In this document: positions 11,202 through 22,505 of the stretch, in pieces
How positions within the stretch are numbered: position 1 is the stretch's first letter
How the letters are laid out: the number at the start of each line of letters is the position of its first letter
NCBI RefSeq assembly: GCF_963921235.1
Contig: NC_086108.1
Span: 9,424,001-9,488,000 of the forward strand
Direction: 5' to 3'
Origin: Mobula hypostoma
Taxonomy: Eukaryota
Length of the DNA stretch: 64,000 nucleotides
Position numbers and translations under genes: made by a program
The notes under the pieces: generated by a model
Told to the model about the DNA's origin: nothing
Database searches by the model: none
What the model saw: only the letters and a program-made list of their open reading frames with translations

Positions 11202-12699
11202 GGCTCTCCACCTGTGACTCCGCGGTCACGTCACTGAAAGAGGGTGATGACATCACACTCCCGCAAATGCCCGACCGCAGCACAGACCTCCAGCCAGCAC
11301 CTCGCCTCAGCATTCCCACATTCCCTCCATCCACCTCCCTCTTTCTGGAGGCCATCTTGGAGCTAGAGGCCTGTGTAAGCGCACGTGGGTGGGATGGAGG
11401 GACAGGGTTTTCTTTGTGCTTGTTGTGTTCTGCCGAGCATTGTGGCATGCTGTGTTGGCGCTGGAACGTGTGGCGACACTTGTGGGCTGCCCCCAGCCTG
11501 TTCTTGCCTGTGTTGGCTGTGAACACAAACGACGCACTTCACAGCAACACCCACAAAATGCTGGAGGGACTCAACAGGTCAGGCAGCATCCGTGGAAAAG
11601 AGTAAACAGGCTGAGACCCTTCAGTGGGGCTGGCAAGGAAGGGGGAAGATGCCAGAATAAAAAGCTGCAGGGAAGGAGAAGATGAAGCCATGATAGGCAA
11701 AGGGCTGGAAGAGGAAGAATCTGATGGAAGAGATTGGACCATAGGAGGAAGGGACCCAGGGGGAAGTAAGAGGCAGGTGAGAAGAGATAAGAGGTCAGAG
11801 TGGGGAATAGGAGAGGGGGGAGAATTTGTTCAGCGGAAGGAGAAAACGATGTTCATGCCATCAGGTTGGAGGCTACCCACATGGAATACAAGGTGTTGCC
11901 CCTTCACCCTGAGGGTGGCCTCATTATATCACTCTATGTTCCGATGCACGTGTGATAAATAAATGAATCTGAACCTTTCTTTTGATCTGGCTTAGGTCAG
12001 TCTTTTTATCCGTCCTACTTGATCATTCCCTGGACCTCTCAAACTCTCATCGTCTTCCCACTACCCTCATCCCTCCTCCACTAACCCTCCATTTCTCCCT
12101 ATTCCCCTCAGCTGCTTACTTCATTGTACACCCCTCATTCCATCCCCCTTTACCTCCCACCACTCCATCTCTCTGTTCTCCTTGTTACCTTTCACTGTTC
12201 CATTCCCTCGTTTTTATCCATCTTTCTCATTCCCCTCATCCACACTTTTCAGTCCACCCCCCCCCCCCAATTAGGGTGCATTCTGGAGATATAGAATATA
12301 GCAAATAGTAATTTTCACAGCAACCAGTCTCAGATCTGAATGTGGATTGTAGATTGAATTTAAAATGCAGCTCGGGAAACACCCAAATGACCTGACATGT
12401 CCATATTTGCATGAATGCAGCTCAGAGACAACAATAATTAACTTTTCATTTTGGGTGTGTTGGTGTGAAGATCTAGGTACATATTTGAAAAGTTACATGT
12501 AACTTATGAATACTGTACAGTGTAGCTATAGAAATTTACCTGTTACCTTTGTCCTTTAACATATAAAAATGTGCTGTGTTGTTGGGTCTGGGAGTCTCTC
12601 GAGTGCCTCCAAAGGCTGTCAGCTTGTGTGTGTGTGATGAATAAAGGTTTTTAAATCTACCAGCTACATCTCTCCAGTGACTTCATTCATGGTCACAAC

Positions 12700-13555
12700 A
12701 ATCCTCACCCTCATGGCTTCCATTCCTCCTCCACTCCAATTACCCCATTTCTCAAATCCTCAAACTTATTCCCTTCCACTTCCCCTCTCATTCCCTTCCT
12801 CCATCCCTTTCCCTGTCCCACCCATTCCCTCCCAATCTTCCCCCTTTCATTCTTTATTCCCTTTATCCACATTTCTCATTTTCCAACTCCCTCCACCCTT
12901 ATTCTCTATCCTCTCATGATCCTCCTTTCATTCCCTCCATCCTTCCTCCTCTTTCCCTCAACCCTCCCTCCTTCTGACCTGTTAGTCATTTCCTCCATCC
13001 ATCGCCCACTCCCACCCTGTCGCTCATTCCTCCCTCCCTTCCTCATTCCCTCCATCCCTCCGTCATTCATACCCTTTATCCACATTTGCAACTCGCTCCA
13101 CCCTTGTTCTCTATCCTTTCATGGTGCTCCTTGTTCATTCTCTCCATCCTCCCTCCCCTCTTTCCCTCAATCCTCCCACTTTCCTACCTGTTACTCATTC
13201 CCTCCCTCCTTTACTCACCCCCACCCTCCATTACCCATCCACTCCATCACTCATTCTCACCCTCCTTCACTCATCCCTTCCCTCCCTCCATCACTCACAC
13301 ATTCCCTCTTTCCCTTCCTCCCTCCCACAGTCACTTTGCATCAGTCACCCCCCGCTGTCACTCAATCCCTCCTTCCCTCCCTCACTCATCCCCTCCCTCA
13401 CGCATTCCTTCCTTCCCTCCGTCACTCATTCCCTCCCTCCCTCCTACAGTCACTTTCTGTCAGTCATCCCCTCCCAGTTATGGATTCACTCACTCACTCA
13501 TCTCCTCCCTCCCACAGTCACTCATTCATTCCCTCCATCACTAACCCATTCCCCA
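12700..13555. repeat. Pyrimidine-rich low-complexity tract (CCCT/CATT/CACT motifs)
   Basis: Strongly C/T-biased plus strand over ~850 bp; a similar tract lies at ~12020-12270. Confidence 0.85.
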
Positions 13556-14100
13556 GATTGCGGGGGTGGGCGGTCCTACCTACATCGCGGTCCGGGAGCC
13601 TGCGCTGCGGCCGCCGGTCAGTGGTCGCCACTCTGACCACAGGGCCGGGCGGGGGGAGCGGGAGGCCCGCCGAGACTGAAGATTCAGATCCCTGCGCCCC
13701 GCCCGCGCTCAGCGGGATCGCGTTTCGAAAACGCGGCCGGCCGCCCCGCCTCTTGTCCGCCCGCCGCCGCCGTCCACCTCCTCTCCGTCGCCATCGCAAC
13801 GCGGCCTAGTCCTGCTTCGAGCCCGACTTCAGTCGGAAAGAGCCTCGGGGTCGATTAGCGGTTGGTCTCCCTGGGTGATAACGGAGGGGAATTTTATCGT
13901 GGGCCGGTAGTCGCGGGATGTGGGAGGAGGTTGGGGTCGGGGCTTCAGTTTGCTCCGACAGGCTGGTGAGGACGGTCGATCATGAAGTGTCGGTGCCGGC
14001 AGTGGAGCAGCGGAGACTGGGACTGGGGTTGGGGTGTGGGAATTCGGTGCGGAATGGGTTTGAGGGAGCTTGTGGACGGGGACCTCAGGTGAGGAATGGG
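13555..14100. promoter_or_regulatory. CpG island; candidate bidirectional promoter for the ZBED-like gene (minus) and MRPS12 (plus)
   Basis: Dense CpG with several GC boxes (GGGCGG/CCGCCC near 13568, 13647, 13699, 13741, 13757). The plus strand is C-rich to the left of ~13810 and G-rich to the right. Candidate first-exon donors: minus TAG|gtagga at ~13579; plus CTG|gtgagg at ~13966 and CAG|gtgagg at ~14089. Confidence 0.75.
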
Positions 14101-14249
14101 GATGATTGATTCTGGCGTTTAAATTCGTTCCGAAGTACGGAAAGAGGCTCAACAAGCTACGTTCCCCGGCAATGCTCCCCAGCTCTTCCTGTGCTGCATT
14201 GACTGCCGCATTGGTGCTGCTTCACGGACCCAGCCGTGCTCGTTGTCTT

Positions 14250-15545
14250 CGTCAGCTTTGTCTCCAATTTCCCACCCTGTCCTTAAATTCACTTGGTCCA
14301 TTTCTGACCACCCTCTCCCCTTTCATCGTCTCCAATCTCTGGAGACAAACTGGCCACCGATATCTTTTATAAACCTGATTGCCATGGTTATCTTGATTAT
14401 ACTTCTTCCCACCCTGTCTCCTGTAAGAATGCTCAATCCCTTTGTCTCTGCTGCACCTGTTCCCACGTTGAGGATTTCCTTTCCAGGACATCAGAGATGT
14501 CCTCCTCCTTCAAAGAACAGAGTTTCCATTCCTTCGCTATTGATTCTGCCCTCATCCGCATCTCTTCCATTTTCTGGACATCCGCACTCACCTCATTCTC
14601 CTGACACCATAACAAGGAGAGAGTTTCTCTTGTTCATCTTCCTACCACCCAATGAGTCTCTGTATCCAACAAATCAGCCTCCACATCATCAGCCATCTCC
14701 TAAGGGATCCTGCCACCAAACATGTCTCTATCTCCTTCCCTCTCTCCGCTTTCTACAGGGATCGCACCCTCTGTGATTCCCTTGTCCATCCCCACTAATC
14801 TCCCAGCCAGTGACCTAAGTGCCACACCTGCCCGTTCACCTCCTCTTTTACCCCTCATTCAGGGCTCCAAACGGTCCTTCCGGGTGAGGCAACACTTCAC
14901 CTGTGAATTTGCAGGGGTTGCCCTCTGCTCCTGATGTGGCCTGCTCTCCATTAGTGAGGCCTGTCATGAATTGGGGACCGCTTTGTCGATCACTTCTGCG
15001 CCATGCACCAAAAGCAGGATTTCCCAGTGGCTACCCATTTTAACTGCTATTCCTGTTCTCATTCCCATTCCAATGTGTCGGTCTACGGCCTCCTCTTGTG
15101 TCACAATGAGGCCACCCTCAGGGTGGAGGAGCAACACCTTGTATTCGATTTCCCCTCCCGGTCAACAAAAATTTCCTTCCTCCTGCCCTGCTATTCCCCC
15201 CACTGGCCTCTTAGCTCTTCTCATCTGCCCATCGCCTCCCCCTGAGTCCCCTCCTCTTTCCCTTTCTCCCATGGTCCTCTCTCCTCTCCTATCAGATTTC
15301 TTCCTCTCCAGACCTTTATCTTCCCCACACTCGTGTCTTCACCTATCACCTTCTAGTTAGCCTCCATCCCCTCCCCCCACCTTTTTATTCTGGCATCTTT
15401 TCCCTTCCTTTCCAGTCCTGAAGAAGGGTCTTGGCCCAAAATGTCAATTGTTTATTCTTTTCCAAAGATGCTGCCTGACCCCTAACATTTTCTGTGTATG
15501 TGTGTTGCTCTGGGTTTCCAGTATCTGCAGAATCTCTTGTGTTTA
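14250..15545 (+). mobile_element. Degenerate Penelope-like element (RT C-terminus, GIY-YIG, tail)
   Basis: Colinear with 35270-36600 (HPVLKFTWSISD; GSKRSFRVRQHFTCE). Confidence 0.8.
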
Positions 15546-15656
15546 GACACAACACTTGTTGCCTCACAGTCGTTTTGTTAAGGGTTGATAGAACAGAGGC
15601 CAGGAACACAACAGTGACAGGGGCCTACTACTTGGAAAAGAGAAAAACAAAAGAGG

Positions 15657-16310
15657 AAACACAAGGAAATCTGCAGATGCTGGAATTTCAAGCAACACAC
15701 ATAAAAATTGCTGGTGAACGCAGCAGGCCAGGCAGCATCTCTAGGAAGAGGTACAGTCGACGTTTCGGGCCGAGACCCTTCGTCAGGACTAACTGAAAGA
15801 AGAGATAGTAAGAGATTTGAAAGTGGGAGAGGCAGGGGAGATCTGAAATGATAGGAGAAGGCAGGAGGCCTGGGGGAGGGATGGAGCTAAGATCTGGAAA
15901 GTTGATTGGCAAAGGGGATATGAGAGGATCATGGGACGGACGGGAGGCCTAGGGAGAAAGAAGGGGGGAGGGGGGGAAGCCCAGAGGATGGGCAAGGAGT
16001 ATAGTGAGAGGGACAGAGGGAGAAAAAGGAGAGAGAGAGAAAAAATACATATGATAATAAAAGATAAATAAATAACGGATGGGGTACAAGGGGGAGGTGG
16101 GGCATTAATGGAAGTTAGAGAAGTCAATGTTCATGCCATCAGGTTGGAGGCTACCCAGACGGAATATAAGGTGTTGTTCCTCCAACCTGAGTGTGGCTTC
16201 ATCTTTACAGTAGAAGAGGCCGTGGATAGACGTATCAGAATGGGAATGGGGTGTGGAATTAAAATGTGTGGCCAGTGGGAGATCCTGCTTTCTCTGGCGG
16301 ACAGAGCGTA
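15657..16310 (-). mobile_element. Penelope-like element 3' fragment
   Basis: LRSVRQRKQDLPLATHFNS..RLEEQHLIFRLGSLQPDGMNIDFSNF; very similar to the copy at 44693-45290. Confidence 0.85.
15754..15791 (-). ncRNA. Minimal type I hammerhead ribozyme motif in a Penelope-like element tail
   Basis: Minus strand AGTC-CTGACGA-A-GGGT-CTCG-GCCC-GAAA-CGTC-GACT. It has both core boxes, helix II, helix I (AGUC/GACU), a palindromic ACGU helix III and a GUC cleavage triplet. Confidence 0.75.
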
Positions 16311-17523
16311 GGACAGAACAAAAGAGAGCATCTAGCATAAAACTGCTATTTTTAAACTACTGTGATAAGGAAAATTCCATTCAAATTTGTAGATAAGGGA
16401 CAACCAATAAGAAAGTACTCATTCCAATAATGCAGTACCAAGTTAACTAATGAGAAAGCACTTCTTCACTTCATGCAGAAGAAAGAAACTTCCAGAGCTT
16501 TCCAAAACTTTACTTTGTATAGCCACTATTAAAAAAAAACTTTTTAAAATGCAAGCAGAAAATTAATTGTTAAATTGCAAAACAATTAAACAGGCTAATC
16601 TAAGAATTAGACCATCAAATCAAATAGGGAGGAGGAAGTGGTGGAGGAGGATTTGGGACCTTCATTGGAACATGAATTCTCAGATTTGCTCAGTTAGCAT
16701 GTGAGTGATACTGGTGTTGAGGAGGGCAGGGAGGGAGGCTGCCGGCGAGGAGGGTGAGGGAGGGAGGCTGCCGGCGAGGAGGGTGAGGGAGGGAGGATGG
16801 TTGCTGGTGTGGAAGGTGAGCAAGGGAGGTAGGGTGGTTGTCGTCAAGGAGATCGAGAGAGGGAGGAAAACTGCTAGGAGGGAGATTAGTGGTGTGGGAT
16901 GAATGGACAAGGGAAAATTCAGAAATCGGAGATGCAAAGGTATTTGGGAGTCCTTGTGCAGGATTTCCTAAAGGCTAACTTGCAGACTGAGTTGGTGATA
17001 AGGAATCAACTGCAGTGTTAGCATTCATTTCAAGTGGACCAAAAGACAAAAGCAAGGGTTTGATGCTGAGGCTTAACAAGGTATTGGTCAAACCACACTT
17101 GGGATATTGTGAGCCATTTTGGGTCCCTGATCTGGGATGTGCTGGCATTGGAGAGGGTCCAGAAGAGGTGATCCCAGGAATGAAAGAGTTAAAGTTTGAT
17201 GGTTCTGGACCTGTACTCGCTAGAGTTTAGAAGAATGAATTGCGGGTGCGGGGGGGGGGTGGATCTCATTCAAACCTATCAATATTGAAATGCATCGATA
17301 AGGTGGATGTGGAGATGGTGTTTCCTATAGTGGGAGAGTCTAGGGCTAGAGGGCACACTACCTCACTACTTTTTTTTCCACTATTTTATATATATTAAAC
17401 CTGATTCTGATTCTGAAGCTGAACCTGAAGTCAGCAACCCACTTTGCCCACCTCTCATTTGATCTGTCCTCCCTTACTGTGCAGGACTGAAAACGTCAGG
17501 CTTCCTTGTACAGACCTAAAGAG

Positions 17524-17572
17524 ATGTTTCCTGTGGGTGCTGTTCGGACCTGGGTATCTTCGTTGTCTGCAG
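17524..17572 (+). CDS. MRPS12: MRPS12 first coding exon (start of mitochondrial presequence, MFPVGAVRTWVSSLSA+G)
   Basis: ATG at 17524, 49 coding nt, strong donor GCAG|gtgaga in phase 1, matching the phase-1 acceptor at 31262. Upstream acceptors at 17484 (cccttactgtgcag) and 17513. A short first coding exon agrees with the mammalian gene as I recall it. Confidence 0.72.
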
Positions 17573-17795
17573 GTGAGAGATTTAGTCAGGAAGTTCAGGT
17601 TCAGATTAATTTAGTTATCACACGTACATCGAGACAGACGGTGAAAAGTGATGCTTGCGTCAACGACCAACACAGCCTGAGCACGTACAGAGGGCAGCTC
17701 ACAAGTGCTGACATTTTGTTGGTTGTCGAGTTGGTTTGGGATTTTGGGGTTGGAATGTCGGATATTGCCCCAACCCTGTCTTCCTGAGAACTATC

Positions 17796-19010
17796 CATAG
17801 AAACATAGAAACATAGAAAATAGGTGCAGGAGTAGGCCATTCGGCCCTTCGAGCCTGCACCGCCATTTATTATGATCATGGCTGATCATCCAACTCAGAA
17901 CCCTGCCCCAGCCTTCCCTCCATACCCCCTGACCCCCATAGCCTCAAGGGCCATATCTAACTCCCTCTTAAATATAGCCAATGAACTGGCCTCAACAGTT
18001 TCCTGTGGCAGAGAATTCCACAGATTCACCACTCTCTGTGTGAAGAAGTTTTTCCTAATCTCGGTCCTAAAAGGCTTCCCCTCTATCCTCAAACTGTGGC
18101 CCCTCGTTCTGGACTTCCCCAACATCGGGAACAATCTTCCTGCATCTAGCCTGTCCAATACTTTTAGGATCTTATACATTTCAATCAGATCCCCCCTCAA
18201 TCTTCTAAATTCCAACGAGTACAAGCCCAGTTCATCCAGTCTTTCTTCATATGAAAGTCCTGCCATCCCAGGAATCAATCTGGTGAACCTTAGTTGTACT
18301 CCCTCTATGGCAAAGATGTCTTTCCTCAGATTAGGGGACCAAAACTGCACACAATACTCCAGGTGTGGTCTCACCAAGGCCTTGTACAACTGCAGTAGTA
18401 CCTCCCTGCTCCTGTACTCGAATCCTCTCGCTATAAATGCCAGCATACCATTTGCCTTTTTCACCGCCTGCTGTACCTGCATGCCCACTTTCAATGACTG
18501 GTGTATAATGACACCCAGGTCTCGTTGCACCTCCCCTTTTCCTAATCAGCCACCATTCAGATAATAATCTGTTTTCCTATTTTTGCCACCAAAGTGGATA
18601 ACTTCACATTTATCCACATTAAATTGCATCTGCCATGAATTTGCCCACTCACCCAACCTATCCAAGTCACCCTGCATCCTCTTAGCATCCTCCTCACTGC
18701 TAACACTGCCACCCAGCTTCGTGTCATCCGCAAACTTAGAGATGCTGCATTTAATTCCCTCATCCAAGTCATTAATATATATTGTAAACAACTGGGGTCC
18801 CAGCACTGAGCCTTGTGGTACCCCACTAGTCACCGCCTGCCATTCTGAAAAGGTCCCGTTTATTCCCACTCTTTGCTTCCTGTCTGCTAACCAATTCTCC
18901 ACCCACACCAATACCTTACCCCCAATACCGTGTGCTTTAAGTTTGCACACTAATCTCCTGTGTGGGACCTTGTCAAAAGCCTTTTGAAAATCCAAATATA
19001 CCACATCCAC
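17796..19010 (-). mobile_element. CR1 LINE, 5'-truncated, well preserved RT C-half
   Basis: ORFs with YLDFQKAFDKVPH, GVPQGSVLGP, KFADDTK, LVRPHLEYCVQFWSP; (CATAGAAA)n 3' tail at 17796-17820. Confidence 0.93.
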
Positions 19011-19161
19011 AAATGGATGTGGAAGGGGAACGGGTGCAACTTGGATGTGAAGCTCCTCACCCTAAGAATTCTTGTTGAAGAGAGCACAGGTTATGGTTAC
19101 TATTCTATAGATTTATTGAGTATACCCACGAGAAAATGAATCTCAGAGCCGTATATGGTGA

Positions 19162-22100
19162 TATAGAAACGCAGAAAACCTACAGTACAATACAGGCCCT
19201 TTGGCCCATAAAGCTGTGCCGAACATGTCCTTACCTTAGAAATTTCCTAGGGTTACCCATAGCCCTCTTTTTTTCTAAGCTCCATGTACCTATCCAGGAG
19301 TCTCTTAAAAGACCCTATTGTATTCACCTTCACCACCGTTGCCGGCAGCCCATTCCACGCACTCACCACTCTGCGTAAAAAAAAAAAGTACCTGACATCT
19401 CCTCTGTACCTACTTCCAAGCACCTTAAAACTGTGCCATCTCGTGCTAGCCATTTTAGCCCTGGGAAAAACCTTCTGACTATCCACACAATCAATGCCTC
19501 TCATCATCTTATACACCTCCGTCAGGTCACCTCTCATCCTCCGTTGCTCCAAGGAAAAAAGGCTGAGTTCACTCAACCTATTCTCATAAGGCATGCTCCC
19601 CAATCCAGGCAACATCCTTGTAAATCTCCTCGGCACCCTTTCTATGGTTTCCATATCCTTCCTGTAGTGAGGCGACCAGAATTGAGCACAGTACTCCAAG
19701 TGGGGTCTGACCAGGGTCCTATATAGCTGCAACATTATCTCGGCTCCTAAACTCAGTCCCACAATTGATGAAGGCCAAAGCACCATATGCCTTCTTCACC
19801 ACAGAGTAAACCTGCGCAGCAGCTTTGAGTGTCCTATGAACTCGGACCCCAAGGTCCCTCTGATATTTCACACTGCCAAGAGTCTTATCATTAATGCTAT
19901 ATTCTGCCATCATATTTGACTTACCAGAATGAACCACCTCACAGTTATCTGGGTTGAACTCCATCTGCCACTTCCCAGTCTAGTTTTGCATCCTATCGAT
20001 GTCCCACTGTAACCTCTGACAGCCCTCCACACTATCCACAACACCTCCAACCTTTGTGTCATCAGCGAATTTACTAACCCATCCCTCCACTTCCTCATCC
20101 AGGTCATTCACGAAGAGTAGGGGTCCCAGAACAGATCCAGACCAGAGGCACACCACTGGTCACCAACCTCCATGCAGAATATGACCCGTTTACAACAACC
20201 CTTTGCCTTCTGTGGGCAAGCCAGTTCTGGATCCACAAAGCAATGTCCCCTTGGATCCCATGCCTCCTTACTTTCTCAGTAAGCCTTGCATGGGGTACCT
20301 TGTCAAATGCCTTGTTTAAATCCATATACAGGTTTCCCCCGCCATCCGAAGGTAGAGTGTTCCTATGAAACGGTTCGTAAGCCGGAATGTCGTAAAGCGA
20401 AGAAGCAATTACCATTAATTTATATGGGAAAAATTTGTGAGCGTTCACAGACCCAAAAATAACCTACCAAATCATGCCAAATAATACATAAAACCTAAAA
20501 TAACAGTAACATATAGTAAAAGCAGGAATGATATGATAAATACACAGCCTATACAAAGTAGAAATACTTTTCCACAATCATTGCCTGCACTGTTCTCCGT
20601 AGCGAAAATCTCACGCAAGCGCTCTCCAGTAACCTTTAAGCTATGAAGGTGCCAAATCATACCAAATATCACGTAAAAATACACAGCCTATATAAAGTAG
20701 AAATAATGTATGTACAGTGTAGTATCACTGACCGGAATTGGGACAGTGCCGAGCACACTGATGATGGTGTGTTAGGCTGAGTCGTCGGAGGCTGGGGTGG
20801 TGCAGTGGCAGTGAACCGATACCGATCCGTGAAGAATGCAGGGGTACAGCGGTGGCTGGGACGCACCCAGCACATCTTTAAGAAAAAAGCTGAAAAGAAC
20901 AAGCTAATTAATTAGGTGCTGCCCGGCACGTAAATGTCGGCCCAGATCAGAGGTGAAGCAATCAGCAATCGCCTCTGATCTGGGCCGGCATTTATGTGCC
21001 GGGCGGCACCTATTTAGTAAGCTTGTTTATTTCGGCTTTCTTTCTTAAAGATGTGCCGAGTGCGTCTCGGCTACCACAGCATTCTCCGTGAATCGGTATC
21101 TGTCCGCAGCCCGGGTATTGGGGTGGTGGGACACTGGGGTGTCATCTCATCGTCAATCAGGGCAAGCAGGTCATCTTCTATGTCTGCCTGCCTCGATGGC
21201 GAAGGTCGAGGTTCGTCGTCTGCTGTGGCTGATGTGGAAGTCTTGCTTGACTGCTTAGCCTCGCGCATTTTTAGATCATACAGTTCTTTGTAAGCACTCA
21301 AACCATCCTGCAAATATGCCCTAAACCAACGTACACTTGCAAAGTTAAAGTTGTACTTTATCATTGCAGCGAAAATCTCACGCAGTTGCTTCACGTTCAG
21401 TTCCTGGACGACTTCACTTTCGGTCCGTTCGCTACTGCATTCGGTTTTGATTGTTATCCTTTCCTCTTCCAATTGCATCAGCTCTTCATCTATCAGTTCT
21501 TGGTCATGGGATGCCAAAACCTCTTCAACATCATCTTTGTCAACTTCCACAAGCCAAACTCACTTCGTCCTTACTTCGTTCACCACGATCAAAATGCTTA
21601 ATTATGTCTAGTTTTACGCTAAGTGTAACACCCTTACGAGCTCTTTTAGCCTTTTCCGATACCTTAGAACTCATCTTGCTAGTGGCTGCTCACAGGCACG
21701 TGATTAAGCAATGCTGGCGAGAATGCAGTTCCGAATCCGGGAGAGAGCGGCTGCTCAGGGCGTGCGCTGCTTTTTTTTTAATCACGCGCTGCCTTTTCTC
21801 GTAACAGTGAGAACACATTCTGTTAGTGAAAACAGGTAACTAATGTAGGTCTTTCGTAACAGTGAGATTTCGTAAAGCGAACGTTCGAAAAGCAGGGGAC
21901 ACCTGTACACTATATCTACTGCTCTTCCTTCATCAATGTGTTTAGTCACATCCTCAAAAAGTTCAATCAGGCTCGTAAGGCATGACCTGCCTTTGACAAA
22001 GCCATGCTGACTATTCCTAATTATATTATGCCTCTCCAAATGTTCATAAATTCTGCCTCTCGTGATCTTCTGCATCAGCTTACCAACCGATGAAGTAAGA

Positions 22101-22505
22101 CTCACCAGTCTATAATTTCCTGGGCTATCTCTACTCTCTTTCTTAAATAAGGGAACAACGTCTGCAACCCTCCAATCCTCTGGAACCTCCCCATGGATGA
22201 TGCAAAGATCATCACCAGAGGCTCAGCAATCTCCTCCCTCGCCTCCCACAGTAACCTGGGGTACATTTTGTCTGGTTCCGGTGAATTATCCAACTTGATG
22301 CTTTCCAAAAGTTCCAGTACATCCTCTTTCTTAATATCTACATGCTCAAGCTTTTCAGTCCGCTGTAAGTCATCCCTACAATCGCCAAGATCCTTTTCTG
22401 TAGTGAATACTGAAGCAAAGTATTCGTTAAGTACCTCTGCTATCTCCTCTGGTTCCATACACACTTTTCCACTGTCACACTTGATTGGTCCTATTCTCTC
22501 ACATC
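19162..22505 (-). mobile_element. Degenerate CR1 LINE interrupted by a Tigger-like insertion
   Basis: RT fragments LVRPHLEYCAQFWSP, KAFDKVPH, SQHGFVKGRSCLT, AEVLNEYFASVFT. Removing 20329-21907 rejoins the VYMD codons, as in the uninterrupted copy at ~51790. Confidence 0.9.
20329..21905 (-). mobile_element. Internally deleted Tigger/pogo-like (Tc1/mariner superfamily) DNA transposon
   Basis: TA duplication at 20327-20328 and 21906-21907; imperfect TIRs CAGGTTTCCCCCGC / CAGGTGTCCCCTGC. The N-terminal MSSKVSEKAKRARKGVTLSVKLDIIKHF (HTH_psq-like, from ~21674) abuts the acidic C-terminal EVDKDDVEEVLASHDQELIDEELMQLEEE; no DDE domain is present. Confidence 0.88.

Noticed and set aside
11032..11526. 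164-aa minus ORF overlapping the BED exon
   Set aside because: Different frame from the BED finger, no motif, non-ATG start in the track.
12916..13809. 297-aa and overlapping Pro/Ser/His-rich ORFs
   Set aside because: Low-complexity C/T tract lacking stop codons by composition.
13895..13912. ZNF143/SBS-like motif (minus GACTACCGGCCCACGAT)
   Set aside because: Spacing between ACTAC and CCCA is one base short of the consensus; too weak to call.
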